57,941 nt of DNA from an uncultured virus (IMG/VR IMGVR_UViG_3300031760_000011) (taxonomy: Duplodnaviria; Heunggongvirae; Uroviricota; Caudoviricetes). Positions 38,416-46,824 of the stretch are shown here, one piece after another. The DNA lies in the IMG/VR virus record IMGVR_UViG_3300031760_000011; one strand, 5' to 3'. The notes beneath the pieces were generated by a model. It searched no databases and had not been told where the DNA came from. It was given only the letters and a program-made list of their open reading frames with translations. A program made the position numbers and the translations under genes. Within the stretch, counting starts at the first letter, position 1. Each line of letters starts with the position of its first letter.

Positions 38416-38450
38416 ATGTATATACGGTAAACACTGTAGATACGATTTTG
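38416..38450 (-). promoter_or_regulatory. Bipartite promoter-like motif CAAAATCGTAT-N17-TATACAT
   Basis: Second copy of the motif at 23012-23046. Confidence 0.65.
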
Positions 38451-38473
38451 ATTCTACTCGTTGAAGTATAGAA

Positions 38474-38503
38474 AAATAATCCCTGATATTTCAGGGATTA
38501 TTT
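38474..38503 (-). terminator. Intrinsic terminator
   Basis: AAATAATCCCTGA/TCAGGGATTATTT stem. Confidence 0.75.
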
Positions 38504-38517
38504 CGAAGGAAATTGTC

Positions 38518-38883
38518 TTAGAATACTTCCAAGACCTTATCAACTATCCCTTCAACGCCGTCGTGCTCCAATTTGTCTTCGTTATCTTGGGAGAACCAAA
38601 CCTTACCCAATGATTTGCCGAATGAGTGGACATAGATGTCAACCGGATGGTCATCGCCGTCATCATCGAGCGGCAATCTGACGATGAAAGTAAGCGGACT
38701 GTTCTTTTCAAACCCGTCTTTCTTAGTTGTATTATACAAGTACCAGAAGTCATAAGCGGTGACTCCAACAGCAGCGCCGATTTCTGAAATCTTGTCATTG
38801 AGCTCGGTTAACTCATAAGAAGACCAAGCTTCAATGCAATCACGAACAAACTTTGCGAATTTTTGAACTTTAGAGTTATCCAT
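38518..38883 (-). CDS. Acidic hypothetical protein
   Basis: Start MDNSKV at 38883 with GAGG RBS; TATATTAT box at 38938-38945. Confidence 0.7.
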   Translation of the reverse strand: MDNSKVQKFAKFVRDCIEAWSSYELTELNDKISEIGAAVGVTAYDFWYLYNTTKKDGFEKNSPLTFIVRLPLDDDGDDHPVDIYVHSFGKSLGKVWFSQDNEDKLEHDGVEGIVDKVLEVF

Positions 38884-38976
38884 ATCGCACACCTCTTGTG
38901 TATAAAATAATATCTCTCTACAGAGATATTCACTACGATAATATATATTTGCGGCATCTTGTATAAACGAAAATTG

Positions 38977-38997
38977 CCAGCTGGCAACGCCAGCTGG
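38977..38997 (-). terminator. Probable nrdD terminator
   Basis: CCAGCTGGC/GCCAGCTGG stem, followed by AATTTT on the minus strand. Confidence 0.65.
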
Positions 38998-39043
38998 GCT
39001 TAAGAAGTTTTTATGAAAACCACCACACAACAGGAAAAGGAAT

Positions 39044-41320
39044 CTAAAGTGTAGTTATTTCGATATCTTTAACCTGCATGAACTTGCGTTTAGGAAACTC
39101 CCACTCACGACGTACCTTGTTCCAGCCACTCACGGGCACATAGAAACCTACGACGCGTGTGAAGTATTCCTTGATTTTCGCTTTACATACAGGACACTCT
39201 TCGAACTTGCCGAAGTTGAAGTGATTATTCTCACACTGTGAGTAAATCGGGTTGAGTGCAAAGTGTTCGCAACCAGTTTTGACTGAATACTCGTAGAGTT
39301 CGCGAACCTGTTCAGGTGTCGGACGTTCACCGATGTTGAAGTGACAAATTCCGCCGCCGCTATACATCTGATTGAACTTACCATCCTGTTTCATGCGCTC
39401 CCAGATGTTTGCATCTTCCCAAAGAGGAACTGCCTGGTTGCTGTATAGTTCATACGGAACAGCATCATCACCGAAGATGAGTTTGTCTGCGTCGCATAAA
39501 CGCACAGCCATTGTTTCACCCGGAATCTGCTCAATGTTGAACGGGTTGCGATATTCGGAAGTCTCTTCAGAGTAATGCTTCATGCGAGCATTGAGCGTTG
39601 TAAGCATTTGCTCGATGAGATAATCTTTGAGTTTCGCAAGGTTTTTGTCATACTCGTCTTTCGACAAGTTCTTGTTAATCTTGAACTGTGTCGTATTTGG
39701 CACAATTCCAGATTTAATTTTTGCAATGATGATGTCTGCAGCTTCACCAATTCCGATAACTCCGATTGTGCTGAAGAGGCGGTCAAGGTGCATCCAGCCG
39801 TTTGCGAAGAACGGATGGTTTTTCTTTGAGCAAGTGAACTTAAGAAGCTTGCGATGCGCGTGGAGAATCTGAACAGCTGCGAATACCAAGTCGCACTCGT
39901 TGTCGATGAAGTTCTGGATTGAAGTTGCTCTGATAGCAATGCGCGGGAAGTTGATGGTAACGACACGGTGAGAACCGTAAGATGTTGCAGTGCCACCAAA
40001 GCTGTTTACGTGAGCGCCGAACTCGTTAAGTTCTGCAACGTTTGTAATCAAGCGGCAGCAGCTTGCAATCTTGGTTCCTGTGGAAACCATGTTATTGTAG
40101 CGGTAAATCTCACGCTTGGTGATTGAATCTACGAAGTCATTGTCTTCATCTACAATCTTGAACTCCTGGCTTCCGTCTTCTGCAGTACCACACACCTCTT
40201 TTGAGACGTTAATCGTAACCACAGGGAAACGGTAGTTCTGACCGCCGTTAATCGGGTCTCCTTTGTCGAAGAAGTCCATGAAGATATTTTGAACTTCTAC
40301 GATGTATTCAATCATGTAATTGATTTTATCTTCACGGGTGGCGTCGGGTTTGCCAGGTACCGTTGTAGCATCAAGATACCAGTTGCGTCCCTCTTCAGAA
40401 ATGAGGCCGCGAATCTTTGACGGCGAGAAGATACTGATATTTGTGAACGGAGATTCATATGTTAAACGAGTCAAGCTGTTCATGCTGTGGACGAACGACT
40501 GGAAGCAGTTTTCCACGTATTTGCGAATCGAGATATTATTTTTCTTCTCGATAATTGTGCCGTCTTTGCGCTGAAGTACCAGCTCAGGATTCTCACGCAA
40601 AACGTCAAGCGGAATATTCTCAAGATTATTGAGAATGAATGCTGAATCCAAGAAGAACGTTCCAACTGCAAGAGCACCAGCAATCTGGTTCGTGAATGAG
40701 TGACAAACTTCGTTCAATACAGAGATGTATGAACTGAGGCGCTTAACAGGTCCGCTTGGAAGCTGTCCAAACTTGCGTCCAATAGTGATGAGCGAGCTTG
40801 CATCCATAGCGAAGCAATAAGGAATAAGGATGTTGGTGGAGTCGTTGATTGCAAGACTATAGTCGTACATCAAACCCATCAACTCCTGTGCACGCTTACC
40901 ACCGTAAATCGTTTTCATCTCACGATAGAGGTAGCGGTAACCGATGATTTTATTCGGTCCGGTCATGACATCTGAAAGCAGTGCACGAGTATTCGTCATG
41001 TTTTTATTGGCGTTGCTGTCAATGCTGTTATCTGTCAAACCGCCTTCTGCATACATCTCATCCTCAAAGCGTCCGATTACGTCGAGATGCTCCTTGGTGA
41101 GACCATGAATGCGCAGAATCTTCTGAGTAACCTCATCAAGATGCGTCTTCTTTGCAAGCATCGTCTTAATGAGACGCAGAAGCCAATTCTGTGGCTCGTT
41201 AGCATCAGAGTAGTTTGCATTTGCAGCAAGCCATCTGCCATAGTTTTTCACGAGTGACTTTTTGAGACACTCTTCAACACGCCGCTGTGCGGCACTTGTA
41301 GATGAATCGTTATGTGTCAT
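39044..41320 (-). CDS. nrdD: Anaerobic (class III) ribonucleotide reductase
   Basis: PYC, PFTN, FPVVT, finger loop SCCRL, PGE, Zn site (CENNH...CPVC) and glycyl-radical loop RVVGFY. No obvious ATP-cone. Confidence 0.93.
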   Translation of the reverse strand: MTHNDSSTSAAQRRVEECLKKSLVKNYGRWLAANANYSDANEPQNWLLRLIKTMLAKKTHLDEVTQKILRIHGLTKEHLDVIGRFEDEMYAEGGLTDNSIDSNANKNMTNTRALLSDVMTGPNKIIGYRYLYREMKTIYGGKRAQELMGLMYDYSLAINDSTNILIPYCFAMDASSLITIGRKFGQLPSGPVKRLSSYISVLNEVCHSFTNQIAGALAVGTFFLDSAFILNNLENIPLDVLRENPELVLQRKDGTIIEKKNNISIRKYVENCFQSFVHSMNSLTRLTYESPFTNISIFSPSKIRGLISEEGRNWYLDATTVPGKPDATREDKINYMIEYIVEVQNIFMDFFDKGDPINGGQNYRFPVVTINVSKEVCGTAEDGSQEFKIVDEDNDFVDSITKREIYRYNNMVSTGTKIASCCRLITNVAELNEFGAHVNSFGGTATSYGSHRVVTINFPRIAIRATSIQNFIDNECDLVFAAVQILHAHRKLLKFTCSKKNHPFFANGWMHLDRLFSTIGVIGIGEAADIIIAKIKSGIVPNTTQFKINKNLSKDEYDKNLAKLKDYLIEQMLTTLNARMKHYSEETSEYRNPFNIEQIPGETMAVRLCDADKLIFGDDAVPYELYSNQAVPLWEDANIWERMKQDGKFNQMYSGGGICHFNIGERPTPEQVRELYEYSVKTGCEHFALNPIYSQCENNHFNFGKFEECPVCKAKIKEYFTRVVGFYVPVSGWNKVRREWEFPKRKFMQVKDIEITTL

Positions 41321-41357
41321 CTATTTCTCCTTTGTACCGATTCGTTAATTTCCGTTG

Positions 41358-41975
41358 CTAAACCAGAGCTGATTCACCGTCAAGTGAGATGAGTTCGTGT
41401 TTAGCCGTTTTTGGATTGAACCAGTACAATTTTTGATTTGTAGAAGCAAGTCTAAACTTGCCATTATGCTTACCAATTTTCGTTGCAGGTCTAACGAGTG
41501 TATTAATATATCTTCCGGTTTTAATAAACTCGATAGTTGAAGCCCACTCTGAAAAGTTTGCATACTTTGTGTTAAAGAAGTCTAAGACTTCATCAATTTC
41601 GTGACCGGTATAGATACAGAATCTGAGATTTGTGTGTGTAACGTAAGCAATTCGGATAACCTCGCCAATGAAATCACGGTTATCCTTAAACATCGGGTCT
41701 CCACCCATAATTGTAACTTTACGTTGATTGCGATTCTTTTCTTTGTCGTATGCATCCATGATGATAACGACATCCTCGGGATAAAAATAGACTTTAGTCT
41801 GTCCGTACTTTTTCCATAAATCGCCACCTTTTACTTGGAGTTGACAATTCTGGCAATCCACGCATCTGAAGCCGCATCCGGCAACGAAATACGTCAGACA
41901 GCTACCTCGTTTTGTAGGATAGTCGATGAAGCTGAGTTGTGGTTCAGGCATCATCTCAAGCGTCGGTTCGTCCAT
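41358..41975 (-). CDS. nrdG: Anaerobic RNR activating radical-SAM enzyme
   Basis: GCGFRCVDCQN (CxxxCxxC), MGGDP, YTG, KTGRY and STNQ; adjacent to nrdD. Confidence 0.93.
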   Translation of the reverse strand: MDEPTLEMMPEPQLSFIDYPTKRGSCLTYFVAGCGFRCVDCQNCQLQVKGGDLWKKYGQTKVYFYPEDVVIIMDAYDKEKNRNQRKVTIMGGDPMFKDNRDFIGEVIRIAYVTHTNLRFCIYTGHEIDEVLDFFNTKYANFSEWASTIEFIKTGRYINTLVRPATKIGKHNGKFRLASTNQKLYWFNPKTAKHELISLDGESALV

Positions 41976-42001
41976 ATGAAATACCTCTTAGCGTGTGTGA
42001 A

Positions 42002-42013
42002 TAATCGAGTGTT
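42002..42013 (-). promoter_or_regulatory. AACA-N6-TA promoter motif
   Basis: AACA CTCGAT TA upstream of nrdG. Confidence 0.7.
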
Positions 42014-42114
42014 GAAATGAGAATACAAAATCCCGGCCCTCAAAAATTAGGGTAAATACTCAATATGTAAAAGTAACCTCATATAAGGACATTATATTAA
42101 TTGAGGTAAAAATT

Positions 42115-42330
42115 ATGCACAGAGAAATTGAAACTTCTCGGAAACATATGCGAAGCGATTATGTATCACAAGGCGTAGTGTTTGCATGTAATCGTTTTCA
42201 CGTAACTGAATCCGAGGCGAAACCAATAGTCGACAAAATGTACGACTATTTCTTCCGAGACAACGAGTATCATCATTGCCTGTTCAATTTCATGAACTTC
42301 GTAAACCAAAAATATCTTTTATTCAGATGA
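42115..42330 (+). CDS. Small hypothetical protein
   Basis: 71 aa, GAGG RBS, TATATTAA box upstream and its own terminator downstream. Confidence 0.65.
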   Translation: MHREIETSRKHMRSDYVSQGVVFACNRFHVTESEAKPIVDKMYDYFFRDNEYHHCLFNFMNFVNQKYLLFR

Positions 42331-42365
42331 TTTCTGGGTACGCCTGATGAATATTCCTGTTAAGT

Positions 42366-42385
42366 CCTCCCGGGATTCCGGGAGG
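42366..42385 (+). terminator. Intrinsic terminator
   Basis: CCTCCCGG/CCGGGAGG stem followed by TATTTTT. Confidence 0.8.
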
Positions 42386-42432
42386 TATTTTTAATCTCAA
42401 GATTTAGAAAATATTTCAGTATGGAGTAACTT

Positions 42433-43632
42433 ATGAAACACCAAAAATCTAAAAGCATAAGTATCGTATTTCTAGCGGACCTTCATTTCGGAAGTCGTAG
42501 AGATAATGCAAATATTTATGAATCGTTACAAAAGTGCGTTTATCCATATATCTCAGACACAGCTCCTGACCTAATTGTAATAGGTGGGGATGCTACAGAT
42601 GACAGAATCTCATTTGACCAGCTTGCGGCTCGTTACTATCTCAGATTTCTTGAAGATATCACTTCGTTCAAGAGGTATGATAAACCAAATGGTTGTATTC
42701 CAGTAAGATTCATTGCAGGTACAGAAAGTCATGAAAAAGGTCAACTTCAGGCACTTCAGTTCCTTACGAATAATTCAGGCATTGACGTAAAAACATTCGA
42801 GACTGTTGGTGAGGAGACAATATGTGGGTGTAGGATGCTTTATATACCCGAGGAATCTGTGGACGACAAAAAGCAGTACTATTCGTCCACAGTTTTCAAT
42901 GATGGAAAGGTGTATGATTTTGTATTCGGTCACGGCATGTTCAGCTTTATTGGTAATAACGGATGGGGTGTAAAAGAACGTTCGTTAAAAGGTTCACCAG
43001 TATGGAATGCGGCTGAGTTTGAAGACAAAGTTCGTGCTGGTGTATTCTTCGGACATATTCACATTCATCAGAACTATAAAGACTTGATTTACTATCCCGG
43101 CTCATTGACTCGTTTTTGTCATGGCGAGGAAGAACCAAAAGGATTCTATGCAATTCAGTATAATCCCGAGAATGGATTAAAGAACGTCGACTTTATTGAA
43201 AATACTTGGGCGTACAAATACGAGACAATCGTTCTCAATGGCGAAGACGTTGAGAAAGATAATCCGAAAGATACTATCGACTCGATTCTCATGCACAAGA
43301 ATGCTTCTGCAGCATATAGTCTTAGAGTTCGTATATCTAACGCAAATAAAATGTCAAGTAATACACAAGTCGTTCAGCAATACTTCTTGCAGAAAGGACG
43401 TGGGCTTGGTGTTACTATAGAACTTCAGTCAGCAGTTCCAAACGTTGGGGTTTCTGATATTGTCAAAGATGGAGTTGTCGAACACGAAGTTCCTGAGTTT
43501 GCGAAAGGTATCACAAATCCAGAAGACTGGCAGTATAATACCGTACAGTACGCAAAAGCGCGTTACGGTAAAGATATTTCACGTGAGCAAATCCAAAATA
43601 TGCTCATGAAATGTAATTCATTCGGTAGATAA
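42433..43632 (+). CDS. SbcD/Mre11-like metallophosphoesterase nuclease
   Basis: ADLHFG, GGD, GTESHE, HGM, GHIH, YPGS and EEPKGF motifs. Confidence 0.9.
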   Translation: MKHQKSKSISIVFLADLHFGSRRDNANIYESLQKCVYPYISDTAPDLIVIGGDATDDRISFDQLAARYYLRFLEDITSFKRYDKPNGCIPVRFIAGTESHEKGQLQALQFLTNNSGIDVKTFETVGEETICGCRMLYIPEESVDDKKQYYSSTVFNDGKVYDFVFGHGMFSFIGNNGWGVKERSLKGSPVWNAAEFEDKVRAGVFFGHIHIHQNYKDLIYYPGSLTRFCHGEEEPKGFYAIQYNPENGLKNVDFIENTWAYKYETIVLNGEDVEKDNPKDTIDSILMHKNASAAYSLRVRISNANKMSSNTQVVQQYFLQKGRGLGVTIELQSAVPNVGVSDIVKDGVVEHEVPEFAKGITNPEDWQYNTVQYAKARYGKDISREQIQNMLMKCNSFGR

Positions 43633-43643
43633 ACATAATTTTG
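43632..43643 (+). promoter_or_regulatory. AACA-N6-TG promoter motif
   Basis: AACA TAATTT TG upstream of the DnaB-like gene. Confidence 0.65.
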
Positions 43644-43656
43644 CTGTGGAGGATTT

Positions 43657-45519
43657 ATGAAACGAACGTTACCGACACGTGACCAAAAAGTCATGATTCC
43701 TGTTAATATTCAAACATTTGAACTTATCTTGTACTATCTCATATCAGTAAGGTCTATGAATCGCAAGTTCATCAATAATATTCAGAATCTTCTGAAGACG
43801 ATGGACTTGCGCGGATACATGAATGACGAGTATTCGATGTTTCTCATCAAAGCGATTGACTTTGTTGCAAACGTTAGGGATGATGGAATTAACAACTTGG
43901 CATATATCAGAAATGCGGTTGAGCAGTCTGATTTGCCGCAAAACTACGTGAATCAGCTATATGACAATATCGAGATGGCTACAGCTGATATGACCAAAGA
44001 TGAGTATAATAACCTCAATGCTTTGGTCGCAGATTACACAGACTTCTCGTATTTATACAAAGCTCGTCCAATGATTATCAAGCTCTTTGATGAGATGATG
44101 AGAGGAGATAGGTTAAGTACGCAGGTTATTCGTGAGCTGAAAGACCAACTTGAAATCTTATTACAGAAGATTCGCGTTACTGATTCGTCAAGAGATACAA
44201 ATATGAGTATCTGTATAAATGGCAAAAATAATAAACAGATGAAATCGTTTGTGCGTAAGATTTATGACGATGCGAACGACCCATCTAATACATTCAAAAC
44301 TGGTCTGAAAGAATTAAATCGTTTGCTTGATGGCGGATTCAGACGTCGTAAGACATATCTGTTTCCTGCGCCGACAAACTCGTTTAAGTCAGGTATTCTT
44401 CTGTATATTTGCTTGTGGATTATGATGTTTAACCCGGATATCAAACCGAGATTTCCTGGAAGAAAATTAGCAATCATACTTATCACGATGGAGAACACCG
44501 TCGAAGAAACTGGTGAGCGCATTCACTCAATATTTACAAATGGGCAAGTTGACCCAAGATTTGAAGCGTTCGATAACTACAATGCAGATTGGACTCAGAT
44601 TCTTGAAGCCTTGGATTCAAACTTTGCATTGTATATCGAGTACATGGACCCGATAACGACAACCGCTGCAAAGATTCAGGCAAAGGTTGAAGAAATTGAG
44701 GAAGATAATAACTTCGAAGCTGCAGTGGTTGTAGTAGACCACTTAGGTAACGTTCAGAAAATGGACCCGAATGTACCTGACTGGCGTGGATTGGTAGATT
44801 CAATCTATATGCTATCTGGTTGGGCAAAGACATCTGAACGTCTATTAGTTACTGCAATGCATACTAATTCACAATTTGATACTGAGCTTGCTGAGGCAAG
44901 AGCATCTGGGCATGAGAATCTTGTGCGTCGCATGGGACGCCATTGTATTGCAGATGCAAAGTATATCGACCGTGCTGTTGATGAAACGATTTATATGCTT
45001 AAAGAGTTCTCAAACATCGACGGTCAGTGGTATCTCGGATTCAAGGTTGAAAAATCTCGTATGAAGAGGTCAAGTCAGAATCTCACATTCTATCATAAGC
45101 TTGAGAATGAAATTGTACTCCGTTGGGATGAGGGAACGAACTATTGCTGGTCGTCTCCGTGTATTCCAGGTACAGAAAACGCAATTCAGATTGCACAGCA
45201 GCAAGCGAATGGAATTGAAGCTCCAACGATGCCTCCAACACAACCATTTGGTAATCATACAAGAACTGGTGGTAACTTTGGTGGAGCATTCAATGGATTC
45301 AATAAAACCATGATGAATCAGCCGTTAAACTTGCAGATAAATCAACCTGTCGATTTGGGATTACAACCGATGACTCAGCAGCAAGATTATTCTCAGTTCA
45401 AAGAGGACGATTCAAACACTGACGACTTCGATTTCATGGATGATATCAGTGACGATGAGTTTAATCAGGAAATTGAAGAAGTTATCAATAGCGACAATTC
45501 TCAACAGCAAACGACGTAA
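43657..45519 (+). CDS. Replicative DnaB-like (SF4) helicase with low-complexity C-terminal tail
   Basis: TGLKELNRLLDGG, Walker A APTNSFKS, TMEN, VVVDH and KSR. Q/G/F-rich then acidic tail. Confidence 0.88.
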   Translation: MKRTLPTRDQKVMIPVNIQTFELILYYLISVRSMNRKFINNIQNLLKTMDLRGYMNDEYSMFLIKAIDFVANVRDDGINNLAYIRNAVEQSDLPQNYVNQLYDNIEMATADMTKDEYNNLNALVADYTDFSYLYKARPMIIKLFDEMMRGDRLSTQVIRELKDQLEILLQKIRVTDSSRDTNMSICINGKNNKQMKSFVRKIYDDANDPSNTFKTGLKELNRLLDGGFRRRKTYLFPAPTNSFKSGILLYICLWIMMFNPDIKPRFPGRKLAIILITMENTVEETGERIHSIFTNGQVDPRFEAFDNYNADWTQILEALDSNFALYIEYMDPITTTAAKIQAKVEEIEEDNNFEAAVVVVDHLGNVQKMDPNVPDWRGLVDSIYMLSGWAKTSERLLVTAMHTNSQFDTELAEARASGHENLVRRMGRHCIADAKYIDRAVDETIYMLKEFSNIDGQWYLGFKVEKSRMKRSSQNLTFYHKLENEIVLRWDEGTNYCWSSPCIPGTENAIQIAQQQANGIEAPTMPPTQPFGNHTRTGGNFGGAFNGFNKTMMNQPLNLQINQPVDLGLQPMTQQQDYSQFKEDDSNTDDFDFMDDISDDEFNQEIEEVINSDNSQQQTT

Positions 45520-45523
45520 TAAA

Positions 45524-45547
45524 AACTCCCCGCATATGCGGGGAGTT
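45524..45547. terminator. Bidirectional palindromic terminator
   Basis: Perfect 24-bp palindrome AACTCCCCGCATATGCGGGGAGTT with T-tracts on both strands. Confidence 0.88.
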
Positions 45548-45557
45548 ATTTTTTATC

Positions 45558-46013
45558 TTAAATCTTACGATAGTTCTGTTCAATGAACTTCATAAAAATA
45601 TCCCAACCTGGAAAGGGAGGGAATGAGTGGTCGTCGATATACAAATCGGCAGCAACCTTGTTTGATGTCTTGAAGCAACCTGGAATATTTTCGTTTACGG
45701 CATCAAACTCAATGCCGTTACGTTTACACCAGTTGATAGCATCATTGAGATACTGACCCGTACGACAAGTCCAGAGGATAATTTTAACTCCTGCGTTTTT
45801 CAATCGTTTGATAGCAAACACTGCTCCTGGATTTGCAGAACCAACGTAAGGAAATCTGTCCTTTACGATAGTTCCGTCAAAGTCAACTGCAATTACAATT
45901 CGATTCAACGGTTTCTTAAATGACTTTTTGTACGAGTCTGTTGAAACGTATTTTGGTTTAATGCCGCCACTCATTTGGTCAAGCATTTCTTTGAAGAAAT
46001 CTTCAGATGCCAT
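45558..46013 (-). CDS. HAD-superfamily phosphatase
   Basis: IAVDFDGTIV (motif I), LWTCR (II), K...YIDD (III/IV). Confidence 0.85.
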   Translation of the reverse strand: MASEDFFKEMLDQMSGGIKPKYVSTDSYKKSFKKPLNRIVIAVDFDGTIVKDRFPYVGSANPGAVFAIKRLKNAGVKIILWTCRTGQYLNDAINWCKRNGIEFDAVNENIPGCFKTSNKVAADLYIDDHSFPPFPGWDIFMKFIEQNYRKI

Positions 46014-46024
46014 GTAAATCCTCC

Positions 46025-46744
46025 TTAAGCAACTTCTTTTAATACTTCGTCTACAGTAGAATGGTCATCCAATCTTAGAGTTTTATACATTGGAACCCCG
46101 TCGTATTGAAGCATCAATATTCGTACACCCAAAATGTCTGGAATACGGTTTGTGGGTACATCTTCCCAAGTCTCAAGTAACTTAACCTTAGACAGACAAT
46201 CTTCAGTCATAAACTGTTTATATTCGACAATAAACTCTTTCCAGTATCCATAAGCCAACCCTGGATGTACATCAATCAATTCTTTATGAATTAACTCGTG
46301 CGTAGTTGGACTAACAGAAATCAATCCTACAAGATTACGGTAATGAAGTTCCATAACTTCTTCCGCTACATCGAACTGATTTGCAACACCATACATTTTG
46401 ATATGCTTATTCGCCACGGTTCGTGTGATTTCAGCCATAGTGAATGGCGTATGATGAAGCTCAGTATGTAATCCACCGATATCATTATGAACTTCGGGTA
46501 AATAAGTATCGTAAGTCATACCAAAGTTCTTTTTCAAATACTGAAAATAACGACGGTACTCATACGAACGTCTAGCCATTTTCTCAAACTTCAAGACCCT
46601 TGAATTATCATCAATACTGCGAAGAACTGTATTGTCTATAAACGGAGGCAGTTCATTTATTTTTAATACGTTGAATGTATGGGATTCAACAAGCTGTCCA
46701 ACAGGGTCTGGTCTTTCATATTGCTGTCTATTTATTCTTCCCAT
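46025..46744 (-). CDS. Hypothetical protein with HNH-like His motifs
   Basis: ELHHTPF...SPTTHELIH pattern; nuclease activity unproven. Confidence 0.55.
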   Translation of the reverse strand: MGRINRQQYERPDPVGQLVESHTFNVLKINELPPFIDNTVLRSIDDNSRVLKFEKMARRSYEYRRYFQYLKKNFGMTYDTYLPEVHNDIGGLHTELHHTPFTMAEITRTVANKHIKMYGVANQFDVAEEVMELHYRNLVGLISVSPTTHELIHKELIDVHPGLAYGYWKEFIVEYKQFMTEDCLSKVKLLETWEDVPTNRIPDILGVRILMLQYDGVPMYKTLRLDDHSTVDEVLKEVA

Positions 46745-46758
46745 TTGAAACTCCTGAA

Positions 46759-46803
46759 TATTGAAGTGTTTTTGAACTAAATTATACCGAAAACATCGCT
46801 ATA
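46759..46803. promoter_or_regulatory. Divergent AACA-N6-TA promoter motifs
   Basis: Minus strand AACA CTTCAA TA (46759-46770) and plus strand AACA TCGCTA TA (46792-46803). Confidence 0.75.
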
Positions 46804-46824
46804 CTTTTATAATAGGAGGCGATT

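Noticed and set aside
45860..45900. DFDG motif as another RNAP catalytic site
   Set aside because: The context IAVDFDGTIV with WTCR and YIDD is HAD motif I, not NADFDGD.
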